Shown piece after piece: positions 50,917-60,562 of a stretch of 64,000 nt of DNA. The stretch is from a virus. Lineage: Duplodnaviria > Caudoviricetes. The stretch's first letter is position 1. Every line of letters starts with the position of its first letter. A program made the position numbers and the translations under genes. The stretch is from positions 34,301 through 98,300 of the IMG/VR virus record IMGVR_UViG_3300028591_000142; one strand, written 5' to 3'. The notes beneath the pieces were generated by a model. It ran no database searches. It was not told the DNA's origin and worked only from the letters and a program-made list of their open reading frames with translations.

Positions 50917-51944
50917 TACTCTTCTCCCTTTTTAGTATCAGAGTCATCCATAAACAAATCCGTCATAAATACTTCATCGTCATCACCATCATACTCTGGT
51001 TTCTCTACGCGAAGTCTTGCTATCTCATCTTCATATAACTGCGTATAAGCGTTTTTAACACCAAGCATTTTACAAAGATGTCCCATCCACGTAAATATAT
51101 ATTTACGAAGCTTGTTGACATCTTGAAGGTCTTCATCTACCTCCGGAAGAGGACGCTCGTTTTCGTACCTATACAACCAAACGCCCATAGGAGTATTTAA
51201 TATAGAAGAATCTATATCTTCCTGCTTATTACGCTGAACAGGCTTCAAGTTGGCACTACCCAATAATGTATTAAGAACCGTTAAGTTTTTATCTACGCTT
51301 TTACCAGCGGCTCTATCTCTACTGATATCAAGGTCAAGTAAACATATCTGTTTAATATATACCTCAGTACCAATATCCAGCTCTGCGTCTTCATCGCCAC
51401 CAGTAAGTTTAGATGTTAAGCGTTTCCTTTTTTGTTCAAGCTCTTCATACGTCTCGGGAGAATATCCGGCTCCCCAAAAAGAAACCACTTCTTCCGGAAC
51501 GTCTATATCTTCTTTCGGTTTACTTTCGGTATTAACAGGAATTACGACAGTGTTTGTATTTTCATCCTCTTTGAAAGTCCATAAGGTTCCTTCTTCCGAA
51601 AGTGTGTCGTCGTATGACTTACCAACATATGATACTGTATTTATCTTTGCAATATATTGAGTCATCATAGTACGTGTTGTATTTTTTCTTTCTACAACAT
51701 CGTATACTTTATCACTCCAATACAAATCAAGTTTTCTACAAACCTGACGTACGGATAACCTTGCATCTTTTGACTGAGCGAGGTAACTATTATACAAAGA
51801 GTCTATACAGTCCTTACATATCGGCGTATAACCGACACCCTTGTTTAACAAAGAATAGCTGACAGGAAAATATCCCTTCCGTCTACTATACTTTGAACCA
51901 CATTTATAACATATTGCGCTCTCATTAGTTACCTCAAGAGACAT
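50916..51944 (-). CDS. Zn-finger protein, putative terminase small subunit
   Basis: CYKC...CKDC; coupled to terL. Confidence 0.55.
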   Translation of the reverse strand: MSLEVTNESAICYKCGSKYSRRKGYFPVSYSLLNKGVGYTPICKDCIDSLYNSYLAQSKDARLSVRQVCRKLDLYWSDKVYDVVERKNTTRTMMTQYIAKINTVSYVGKSYDDTLSEEGTLWTFKEDENTNTVVIPVNTESKPKEDIDVPEEVVSFWGAGYSPETYEELEQKRKRLTSKLTGGDEDAELDIGTEVYIKQICLLDLDISRDRAAGKSVDKNLTVLNTLLGSANLKPVQRNKQEDIDSSILNTPMGVWLYRYENERPLPEVDEDLQDVNKLRKYIFTWMGHLCKMLGVKNAYTQLYEDEIARLRVEKPEYDGDDDEVFMTDLFMDDSDTKKGEE

Positions 51945-51946
51945 AA

Positions 51947-52408
51947 TTATTCACGCTCCTTCGAATCAAGTTCGTCAAGTATAGCGTGTGAAATGTCTAT
52001 TTTATCACTTAACGAGAGTTCATAAATTTTTGCACATCTTCTGAGTTCATTACCAAATGTAAACTTCGGTACATATCTGGCCGCAACTTCAACCCATTCA
52101 TCAGTTCCAACCTGCTTTGTTTTTCTAGGCTTACGATACTTTAGTCCAAACGTACCAAAGCCGTGAAGAGATACCGTCTCTCCCTTTTTAATTGCGTCCT
52201 GAACTATTTCAATAAAGGTATTAATTACAGCTTCGACGTCATCATTTGTAAAAATAACGCTCTTTTCTGTTTTACGAACGGTGAAATCTTTTTGATTACC
52301 TTCATCATCCGAAATATGTAAAACCTGTTTCGGCATAGAAACAGGCTTTCTAATATCCTTTTCTCTCATAGACGCAGTTATGTTTTTAACTAAGTCCTTT
52401 TTATTCAT
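51947..52408 (-). CDS. HU/IHF-like DNA-binding protein
   Basis: MNKKDLV, GETVSLHGFGTF, PKFTFG motifs; ~30-aa insertion. Confidence 0.88.
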   Translation of the reverse strand: MNKKDLVKNITASMREKDIRKPVSMPKQVLHISDDEGNQKDFTVRKTEKSVIFTNDDVEAVINTFIEIVQDAIKKGETVSLHGFGTFGLKYRKPRKTKQVGTDEWVEVAARYVPKFTFGNELRRCAKIYELSLSDKIDISHAILDELDSKERE

Positions 52409-52431
52409 TTAATATTAACTCCTTTAATCCG

Positions 52432-53457
52432 TTATATTTCATCAAACCCCTTCTTAGAAGGAACAGAAATATCGCCGTCTTTGAAATACATACCTATTTC
52501 TTCGTCGGCGTCAATGTCTTTATATATCCTAACCATATCCCCGGATTCCCAAGACACAATACTCTGAATTACGCCATCGGGTATACCCGCCTTCGCAAGA
52601 CTTGTAGTAAAGTAATGACGAAGACTGTGAATATACGCGGGCTTGCCAGATAATCTGGAGAACGTATTACTCCAACTATTAATGGTCGAGATGCTTACAT
52701 ATTCATCAGCATTTTTTGAATTAGGGAATAGCCATTCGCTTTGAATTTTGTTTTGTTTCCTATAATTCATCCACATATCAAGATACGGTTTGAATTTCTT
52801 AGCAAGTGTGTAACAGTGTATCATCTTTCCGCCGCCACGACCTTTTGTTTTTATTGGAGCGCTCTTATATAAAGCGCCGTCGCAGACAAGCTTATCATCG
52901 TCAAAGTCAGAGACTTTATATCTGCAAAGCTCTGCCTTACGTCTACCACTGTACATTGCAAGAGCAAGATAACAAGCCTTCTCGTAATCTTTTCGGTCAA
53001 CAAGTTTGGCTAATAATTCATCCAACTCTTCGTCGCTCCAGACTGTCTTTTCTCTAACCGGTCTATTTACCGGATTCTCAACCTTGTTGATTATATTTCT
53101 AAAGTTAGGGAACTCGTCGTCTAAAACTGACTCAATATAGTTACTTAAAGAAGATAACGCAGCCTTTAACCTTCTTATACGAGCCGGACTGTTTTCGTTA
53201 TTCTCCAATAACCAATTTTGATACGCAACAATATTTCTCTTAGTCCAGTCTACAAAAAACTTATTGTCGTTATTTTGTAAACACCAAACCCAAGCGATAA
53301 GAATATCGTTTTCATATCCATATATTGTTGTTTCACTTCGTTGTATTGAACGAAGGTAATTTATAAAGTCCCGTAATAGTTCATTGTTTTTGGGGTTAAT
53401 TTGTGCAATCAATTCGGGACTTGTGATATTATTCATCTTGGTCTTACGAGCCAACAC
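52432..53457 (-). CDS. Tyrosine recombinase 2 (XerC/D-like, SAM-like N-domain)
   Basis: SGRRKAEL, HSLRH, W at the H/W position, RIY. Confidence 0.88.
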   Translation of the reverse strand: MLARKTKMNNITSPELIAQINPKNNELLRDFINYLRSIQRSETTIYGYENDILIAWVWCLQNNDNKFFVDWTKRNIVAYQNWLLENNENSPARIRRLKAALSSLSNYIESVLDDEFPNFRNIINKVENPVNRPVREKTVWSDEELDELLAKLVDRKDYEKACYLALAMYSGRRKAELCRYKVSDFDDDKLVCDGALYKSAPIKTKGRGGGKMIHCYTLAKKFKPYLDMWMNYRKQNKIQSEWLFPNSKNADEYVSISTINSWSNTFSRLSGKPAYIHSLRHYFTTSLAKAGIPDGVIQSIVSWESGDMVRIYKDIDADEEIGMYFKDGDISVPSKKGFDEI

Positions 53458-53532
53458 AAATCACCTCTTTACAAATTAATTACAACCAATCTGATAAAGA
53501 TTGGTTGTAAAAACAATATAAAATCTCCCACA

Positions 53533-53561
53533 AAAATGGCAGGGAGATTATCCCTGCCATT
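53533..53561 (-). terminator. Rho-independent terminator-like hairpin
   Basis: Minus strand AATGGCAGGGA-loop-TCCCTGCCATTTTT. Confidence 0.7.
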
Positions 53562-53575
53562 CCGTACCAATCATT

Positions 53576-53677
53576 CGGTCACTTTTTATTTTACCGACGA
53601 GTCAGAACCGTCACTCGTCTTCTTCGCACGGTCACTTTTTATTTTACCGACGAGTCAGAACCGTTACTCGTCTTCTT
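53576..53677. repeat. Two 49-bp direct repeats (period 53), each with internal hairpins
   Basis: CGGTCACTTTTTATTTTACCGACGAGTCAGAACCGT(C/T)ACTCGTCTTCTT x2. Confidence 0.92.
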
Positions 53678-53751
53678 TTTTTTTGATTGATAGTATGGGG
53701 TGACGGTAGCTTTTCGCCACCCCGATTTTTTATAAGGAGAGTTATTATGAT

Positions 53752-54963
53752 TTAGTTACATTTAATTCTATATTCCGCATCCAGCCCTTGATGGTTCATA
53801 ATAAGAAGCATCTGGGATGGATTAGAAAACAACCTCTTATCATTTGCATAATCATCAACTCCGCATAAAGAACCAGACAACATTGATGTCACACCCAGCT
53901 CTTCAAAGCTTTCTCTGTGATGCTTGTCACCAAGAACTATGTATTCTATATCTTTACCGTACGTTTTACTAAACAATGTTGTTAATAACCTTGGAGAAGA
54001 TTTAACATTATCTAAGTCGCCGTGTGATGCACACATATCGTGGCCACATACGGTCAATAAGATATATTCATTTTCGGATTCATCATTTATGATGATATTT
54101 TCATACGACAAGAGTCTCTGTTTTAACCACCACGGAATTAGCCTTTCCATATTATCTCTATGGATATTATCATTTTTATTTTGAACAGTTCTTCCGTGAT
54201 TACCATACGTTGTATATACTTCTACCTCTGGTACAAAACAGCTCAGCACTTCAATCGCCTGTGCCAATACCTCAGATACTTGCATTATTTGGTCACACAC
54301 TAATTCCTCTGATGCAACCCGCGCACTTGTATGAATTGCTCCGTGGAAAAGGTCTCCGAGGATAACAATGTGTAATTTACTGCATTGGTGTAGTCTTATT
54401 CTTTTAATTGTTTCACTCACTACACCTTTTACCCTTTGTTTACAAATATCTGTATTATATGTATTAAATATGTTATTAGCCTTCATTCCGTAATGCCAGT
54501 CACTAAAGACAAGAACCGCTTCGTTGTCTGTAACATCTTCGAAACTACCGGTTATATCATTAAACAAAACACCAACGGTGTCGTTTAGTCTATTTGCAGA
54601 ATCGGCTAATGAATCGTACAGATGTTCAAGCCTGCCTTCTGCAGAAACCATTTTATTATATTCTCTTCTTTGGTCGTAAAACTTTTGCGTTTCTTTACGC
54701 AACTCTTTCTTTTTGTTTTCGATTTCTGATATTATTGATTTATCCGTAACTGACGCCAAACCCTCGCTATCAATCAGTTCGAGCGTTCTGCGACTTCCGT
54801 ATAACATTCTTCTCGCAACATCGCTTGAATACGGCTGTCCATATACCAGCTCAGCAAGTTCGGTATAATCCATATCAGATAGCGATTTATCAACCAGCTT
54901 CCCATATACCATTCTCCTATGGAAGTCAAGGTTTGACTCGCCAGGCAATTTTGTCACCTGCAT
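53752..54963 (-). CDS. Calcineurin-like metallophosphoesterase
   Basis: SDWH, GDLFHG, GNHG, HGD, GDKHH motifs; probable start ATG 54963. Confidence 0.88.
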   Translation of the reverse strand: MQVTKLPGESNLDFHRRMVYGKLVDKSLSDMDYTELAELVYGQPYSSDVARRMLYGSRRTLELIDSEGLASVTDKSIISEIENKKKELRKETQKFYDQRREYNKMVSAEGRLEHLYDSLADSANRLNDTVGVLFNDITGSFEDVTDNEAVLVFSDWHYGMKANNIFNTYNTDICKQRVKGVVSETIKRIRLHQCSKLHIVILGDLFHGAIHTSARVASEELVCDQIMQVSEVLAQAIEVLSCFVPEVEVYTTYGNHGRTVQNKNDNIHRDNMERLIPWWLKQRLLSYENIIINDESENEYILLTVCGHDMCASHGDLDNVKSSPRLLTTLFSKTYGKDIEYIVLGDKHHRESFEELGVTSMLSGSLCGVDDYANDKRLFSNPSQMLLIMNHQGLDAEYRIKCN

Positions 54964-54973
54964 AAGCCACCAC

Positions 54974-55147
54974 CTATCTGGACTCAGAAGTCTTATTACG
55001 CGTACTATCAAGGTAGCGTATTACTCTGCGTGCTTCTTCACAATAATATCTGTGACGCTTGGACTTTTTTTTCATAGTTCTAACTATGTAAACGTCCGGA
55101 AATTTTTTCTTAATAGCGTCTCTTTCTGCCTTATTAATAGCAATCAT
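54974..55147 (-). CDS. Small basic 57-aa protein absent from the ORF track (MIAINKAERDAIKK...)
   Basis: Open frame from ATG 55147 to TAG 54974, filling the gap. Confidence 0.6.
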   Translation of the reverse strand: MIAINKAERDAIKKKFPDVYIVRTMKKKSKRHRYYCEEARRVIRYLDSTRNKTSESR

Positions 55148-55285
55148 TAATTAAAAATCAATCCTTTTCTTCTTATTTTTTTGAAATATATTATTTCTTT
55201 CATTATAGTATCCCATCACGCACCCGATAAACCCTTATGTGTCAAGGGTTTAAGGGGTGTTTGTTTTTCCAACAGTTTATACTTT

Positions 55286-56050
55286 TTAGTGTATTTGTCC
55301 ACGCCTTCTCATTACTGAGTTGACGTTTTGTTGCATTCTGACCTTGACAGCACAATCGTGACAATACTTTTGTCTCTTGCCCCTAACCTGATTATCACGC
55401 TTTGTTACTATCCCACAATTTTGACATTCAAAGTATGGCTCTCCACGATATCTCAAATATTGATAACCGAGGTTCCTAAAGTCTGTAATTGATAACTCAA
55501 CATTTCCTTCTTTTACAAAACAGACGCGAACATTTGTGTTATCAACTTTTCTAGAAAACTCTATAAGTCCAAGTTCATTAAGGGTGTGGTACATTAGACT
55601 CTGTCTTTTAATTGATGTATTGATATTAGCAAGCTTCATTATTTCACAATCCTTGTTATTAACCCAGTACTTATTATTGTTATTTACTTTATTCCAGTAC
55701 TTTGCCAAACAAAGAAGAGTAAAGGCGAGACGCCTCGTCTGGACACCCTCAAGCCCGTCAATTACTTCTAGTTCAGAATCGGTTATGTCTATTTTGTCAA
55801 TTTGTATTGCCTCGTATTTTAAAGCTCTCGCAAGCACATAATCCAGTGTGTTAGACCATTTAGGAAGAGATGCTACCGGGTCGCATTGTAACAAAAACGC
55901 ATCAAGTATTTTTCTTACATCTTTCTTTGAATAATCCTTATCTATGTAATATCTTGCCACCCTGCAAAGTGTTTCGGATGGCTTCTTTCCAAGTGAACGT
56001 GAGCGTATCATATCCTCAGCCCACTCGTGCTCGTTTAATACTATTGACAT
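55286..56050 (-). CDS. RNAP-adjacent protein with C-terminal Zn ribbon (possible transcription factor)
   Basis: CQNC...CHDC; AGGAGATGG RBS before ATG 56050. Confidence 0.6.
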   Translation of the reverse strand: MSIVLNEHEWAEDMIRSRSLGKKPSETLCRVARYYIDKDYSKKDVRKILDAFLLQCDPVASLPKWSNTLDYVLARALKYEAIQIDKIDITDSELEVIDGLEGVQTRRLAFTLLCLAKYWNKVNNNNKYWVNNKDCEIMKLANINTSIKRQSLMYHTLNELGLIEFSRKVDNTNVRVCFVKEGNVELSITDFRNLGYQYLRYRGEPYFECQNCGIVTKRDNQVRGKRQKYCHDCAVKVRMQQNVNSVMRRRGQIH

Positions 56051-56054
56051 ATTA

Positions 56055-58775
56055 TCAAACCATCTCCTTTGTCTCAGTCTTAAATTTCTTACCTTCAAAT
56101 TCAACATCACCGTCGGGGCTCATTACCGGATACGATATTATGTTTCCGTTATTCTTTAATAAATTATTTATTATCTCGTCGCCGCACATACTCCAGGCAA
56201 ACTGTTTGGTTGAATTTCTTTTGTAGCAAATATCAAGAATAATATTACAAAGAGCCGATTCATTAGGACATATCTTATGGCATTCTTTCTGAAAGTCGTC
56301 GTTTATAACAGATAGTGTCATAAATGATTCCGTATCCGGAACTCTTTCGTAATCGGATAACACCGCGTAACTTTTAAGTCTCTTATTATATTCTTTATAA
56401 AGTTTAAGTATTGAGTTATATTGATGTTGCATATATGGCGCATCGCTTTTCATAATCGTATAATCAAACGGATTATTTTTATTATGCTTTCCTATATGCC
56501 CGTCAAACTCGTGTTCGAATCGCTTGCATATTTTATTCATTACACAATCGTTTGTTCCAACCGGAAGTCTATAACCATAATACCTTAAAAACTCTTCTTG
56601 CCTCTCGGTGCGCTCTTCCTTTGGAATACTCTGTAGCTCCGATACTGTCATTTGAAATTCTCTTAATGCATTACTGTTTGTATTTTTAATATATGTATTA
56701 TATTGTTTCATTAAAGATGGATATATGTATCTCATAAAATATGGTTTCTTGTCTGCCACAATCTCTCTATATAATTTCCGGTCGTACTCGTCTTCTATTT
56801 GATTAGCGAACCTTCTGTCGTGCCAAGAACGCGGCATTGGTTTGCATACAATTCCTTTTGCCTTATCAATAGAGTTCTGCTGATATAGCTGTCCGCATCT
56901 AATACGATATGATAGAGTCTCATATTCTTGAGAATCAGGTTCATATCCGGCTTGGACTTCAAACATACTTGTAATCCAATTTGTAGTTTGTCCAATCTCG
57001 TTGCCGAAGCTGGCTATATTTGAGCTTACGAAATCTCCTTCAGTCGGTACTACCTTACCGGCCTTCCTTTGAGCGCACACTAAAGCAGGGAGGGGCTTAA
57101 GCTTATTTACCAGCAGCTTATTATCCGTTAACATTACAATGTCTCCGTCAAAGTCCGCTCCGTTTAAAGCTGATGTTATCGTGTCCCAAGAGTTAAGTAT
57201 TGTGCACGTTGTCATATACTGATACCAATGTTTTGCCTTATCACTGTTTACCGGATGTACAAGTCGTATATTGTTATGACAAGTCATTGGTGCTCTGAAA
57301 CACGCAAGTTTATCTGCACCAATATCAGCCCAATATTTGTTGTAGATTTCACCTTTTGCCAAAATACCTGTCTTTTCAAGACCAAATATACTCTGGCATA
57401 AAAGGTATGGGTCTCCTGAAATAATGGAATAATTTCCGTGAACTTTAATTACCCCCACCTTAGCCTCATTTATTCTGTTTTTAATAAGTCTGTATATATT
57501 ACTCTGAACAAATGGGTCGTTAAGCATCCTCTTATCTATCATTATAGCCTTGATATAATCGTCATCTATCCTATCAATCATTCTTTCGATACCAAGACCT
57601 TTTACGAACAATACCGTATCTCTCCAGTCGCCACCGAGTATACCGCTTATTTCCTTTATTGTAGGAGCAATAAGCTCTTCGATATCCTCATCTGAAAAAT
57701 CATAGCTTTGGATAAATTGATAATTCAAACTTCTTACGCTTTCAAGTTCCTCGGGGCAAGCCTTTGTTACACCAAACGTATATCCATTTTTTAACGAAGA
57801 TTCTAAATAATCATTACAATCTTTGTAACTATCCCATAGTTTTACCATAGAAGTTGTAAGAATTAGTTCGACATTTCTAATATCTACTGTATTTCCCCAC
57901 GCATCTTTAACAAAATATGTATGAGCGACATTTTCTGCAAAATCCAAAAAGTCAAATGTAAAAGCCATTCCTTTTTCGAAAGCGAACCTTGTATTTACTC
58001 CGCTAACTAAATAATCGAGCTCTAGTTCTTCACTCCATCGCTGTGCTAAAGAGGGGAGCATTAACCCGAACCCATCAGACGCATTTAGCTTTACAATATA
58101 ATCTTTTATATATTCCATCTCCGGCTCTTCGTCGCCCTCGTCTGTTAGATAAAGGACGTCTGATGTAAACTCCGTTTCGGCGTCGTTAACAATTAAAATT
58201 CCATTTGGTGTTGATACCGGAGTGGACGCGCTACACGTTAATGCCTTATATGCCTCGAGCTTCGCGGGTACGTGTTCCTTTTCCTTATCTCTGTCGTTAT
58301 CAATTCGCCTTCTTAATTCCGGCGCCAATCTCTCTGAAACAAATACTATTGTTGAATTTTTAATACCGCCGTTTGTACCTAACAGTCTTACGTATTTTAC
58401 ACCGTTGATAACGAACCCATTAAGTGCTCTGCGGTAATCACTATTCTTGTCAATGATTAAACACATATAGTCTTTTTTAAACTGAAGATTATCAAGCTCG
58501 CTATATAACTTTCTTATCTCTGTCTTGTTTGCGATATTATTGGGTTGTTTCTTTAAAGCCTTTATCTTACCCTTAATATTACGAGCCTTATCATCAGCAT
58601 CAACAATGCCGTTTAATTCGTCTATCCATCTTAATATCTGACTATCAGCAAGAGCAATAACTTCATCATTACGTCTTGCTTCGTCTATAGATATTGTTAA
58701 GTCCCACTTATTATTTCTTAAACGACTAGTATGAATTTTAAATATGTATTTCTGACAAGTCAGTTGTTTGCTTAT
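56055..58775 (-). CDS. YonO-like single-subunit (double-psi-barrel) RNA polymerase; frame extends to an ATA at 58775
   Basis: SDGFG, RAP and catalytic NGADFDGD; frame open 103 codons above the ORF-track ATG, with AAGGAG RBS. Confidence 0.88.
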   Translation of the reverse strand: MSKQLTCQKYIFKIHTSRLRNNKWDLTISIDEARRNDEVIALADSQILRWIDELNGIVDADDKARNIKGKIKALKKQPNNIANKTEIRKLYSELDNLQFKKDYMCLIIDKNSDYRRALNGFVINGVKYVRLLGTNGGIKNSTIVFVSERLAPELRRRIDNDRDKEKEHVPAKLEAYKALTCSASTPVSTPNGILIVNDAETEFTSDVLYLTDEGDEEPEMEYIKDYIVKLNASDGFGLMLPSLAQRWSEELELDYLVSGVNTRFAFEKGMAFTFDFLDFAENVAHTYFVKDAWGNTVDIRNVELILTTSMVKLWDSYKDCNDYLESSLKNGYTFGVTKACPEELESVRSLNYQFIQSYDFSDEDIEELIAPTIKEISGILGGDWRDTVLFVKGLGIERMIDRIDDDYIKAIMIDKRMLNDPFVQSNIYRLIKNRINEAKVGVIKVHGNYSIISGDPYLLCQSIFGLEKTGILAKGEIYNKYWADIGADKLACFRAPMTCHNNIRLVHPVNSDKAKHWYQYMTTCTILNSWDTITSALNGADFDGDIVMLTDNKLLVNKLKPLPALVCAQRKAGKVVPTEGDFVSSNIASFGNEIGQTTNWITSMFEVQAGYEPDSQEYETLSYRIRCGQLYQQNSIDKAKGIVCKPMPRSWHDRRFANQIEDEYDRKLYREIVADKKPYFMRYIYPSLMKQYNTYIKNTNSNALREFQMTVSELQSIPKEERTERQEEFLRYYGYRLPVGTNDCVMNKICKRFEHEFDGHIGKHNKNNPFDYTIMKSDAPYMQHQYNSILKLYKEYNKRLKSYAVLSDYERVPDTESFMTLSVINDDFQKECHKICPNESALCNIILDICYKRNSTKQFAWSMCGDEIINNLLKNNGNIISYPVMSPDGDVEFEGKKFKTETKEMV

Positions 58776-58828
58776 AAAAATTCACTCCTTTTCTGCGTTT
58801 TGTATTTTAGTGTTGATACCATAAAAAA

Positions 58829-59029
58829 TTAAAAATCCGATATATATTCTTCCCAGGCTTCTCTATACTCTTCTCGCCCGATTTCAATCATCTCTTCAAG
58901 TAAGTTATCATCCATAAATTCTGGGTGCATAACCATATCTTCAATCATCTCCTCTAATTCATCAATTGCTTCATCAAACAATTTATCAATATATGTATCC
59001 CAATATATAAAATCGTTTTTATAATCCAA
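58829..59029 (-). CDS. Small highly acidic protein
   Basis: GGAGGTG RBS plus TTG 59029; 24 of 66 residues are D/E. Confidence 0.6.
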   Translation of the reverse strand: MDYKNDFIYWDTYIDKLFDEAIDELEEMIEDMVMHPEFMDDNLLEEMIEIGREEYREAWEEYISDF

Positions 59030-60272
59030 TTGTTTCACCTCCTTCACTTCCAAGACTTTCTATCCATTTGTTTAATAACATTCTCATTCTTTTACTCGGT
59101 ATGTAAATATAAATTTCTTTGCCGTCTCTTATAGCAGAACGCCATATCCACTGAACCATTACAGATGTTGCGTACGCGTCCGTATCTATTGTTGTTCCGT
59201 GAGCTTTATAAAAACTCTCTTCTGCAATATTCATAAATATATTTACTGCATATACAAGGCAATACTTATCTCTATAATTATTCGTCGCTTTTGTATTAAA
59301 CGACAAGAAGTTTCGTGTGTATCCCTTTCCTTGTATTTTTGTATGTTCGTTCTTATAGCAGCCCCACAACTTTTTATCTCTCGGCACATCCCTCCAGATA
59401 TTATTGAAGTAGTTGGCTATGTTCTTCTGGAGCTGTTCGATTTGCCTACCATTCTTTTTAAACCAGTTCATTGATAACGCAAACTTGCCATTGCCAATTT
59501 CATTCATTCTTTCATTATCGAGAACGTGTATCATATTTGATATATTCTTGACATATTCAGGTACATAAAACTCCGTATCACTAAACGAATACACACCGTC
59601 TTCCGATTTCTTAACACCTATATATTCATAAGGTATATTGTATATCTTCAAGAAGTGGTGTAAGCTCTGACCCTCGAATAAATATGTTAGTATGTACACA
59701 TCTTTAAACGCAGTTATAAGGTCAGGGGGGAGAGCCCAGTAATAAAGATTATCTCCCTCGCCGGTATCCATTCTTATTAACTCTCTTGATTTAAGAAACC
59801 GGAATAATTCGGATAATGCCGTACCGTGATACTTATCATTTACTATTGAGTACACATTGTTCTCATACTTTATATACCCGGCATCAATAGCTATTTGAAG
59901 GTCGTCCGGGTGACACTCAAACTTTTCCAATACATCAACGTTTTCATCAATTATCAGAACGTATCCCTGTTCACGAATATCATCAAGCATTTCCGGTGTG
60001 TAACTCTTAAACGCCTGGTGCGTGGTCGTAATATTACAACCTTTCTTTATCAGAGCCGCTGTGTGTGTTGTCTTTTTAAAGTTATATTCAGATAACTTAT
60101 TGTTTGGTTCAACAAATTTTCTACCCGGACACCCCTTACGCACCCTCGCAGCTTCTTCGAGGTAGGGGGTAATGTAAATACATTTTTGTTCTGGGTGCTC
60201 GTTCAGAAAAGTTATTGCGGCGCTTGATTTACCGGTACCCATTATGGCACTACAAACTCTTACCACACACAC
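59019..60272 (-). CDS. SF2 helicase-like P-loop protein
   Basis: MGTGKS Walker A, LIIDE Walker B, QWIWRSAIR motif-VI-like. Confidence 0.72.
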   Translation of the reverse strand: MCVVRVCSAIMGTGKSSAAITFLNEHPEQKCIYITPYLEEAARVRKGCPGRKFVEPNNKLSEYNFKKTTHTAALIKKGCNITTTHQAFKSYTPEMLDDIREQGYVLIIDENVDVLEKFECHPDDLQIAIDAGYIKYENNVYSIVNDKYHGTALSELFRFLKSRELIRMDTGEGDNLYYWALPPDLITAFKDVYILTYLFEGQSLHHFLKIYNIPYEYIGVKKSEDGVYSFSDTEFYVPEYVKNISNMIHVLDNERMNEIGNGKFALSMNWFKKNGRQIEQLQKNIANYFNNIWRDVPRDKKLWGCYKNEHTKIQGKGYTRNFLSFNTKATNNYRDKYCLVYAVNIFMNIAEESFYKAHGTTIDTDAYATSVMVQWIWRSAIRDGKEIYIYIPSKRMRMLLNKWIESLGSEGGETIGL

Positions 60273-60319
60273 ATCACCTCCGCTCTATATATTAATTTAC
60301 GTATTAACAACTTATCACC

Positions 60320-60550
60320 TCATCCGAACGACCTTTGCGCTTCTTCTAATGTAGGATACCACCTGCATCCCCATTCGGCCGCAAAATATTTTCCGGTATC
60401 GTCCTTCTCTATATATCCTCGTCCGGTACGTTTAATAAATTCTTTGCAAGCGCTTAAAAATGTATTACCGTAACCGACACCTATAAATCTTGCACCGCAC
60501 TGATTACCAGTAATAAAATATCCTTCCTCGTATATATCCCACTCTTTCAT
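60320..60550 (-). CDS. Hypothetical protein
   Basis: GGTGGTG RBS; in operon. Confidence 0.6.
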   Translation of the reverse strand: MKEWDIYEEGYFITGNQCGARFIGVGYGNTFLSACKEFIKRTGRGYIEKDDTGKYFAAEWGCRWYPTLEEAQRSFG

Positions 60551-60562
60551 CTTATCACCACC

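Noticed and set aside
53576-53677. Possible mini-CRISPR array
   Set aside because: Only two 49-bp units separated by 4 bp, with no spacer-sized unique sequence
56055-58775. Eukaryote-type RNA-dependent RNA polymerase
   Set aside because: A DFDGD enzyme in this phage context fits the DNA-dependent YonO family
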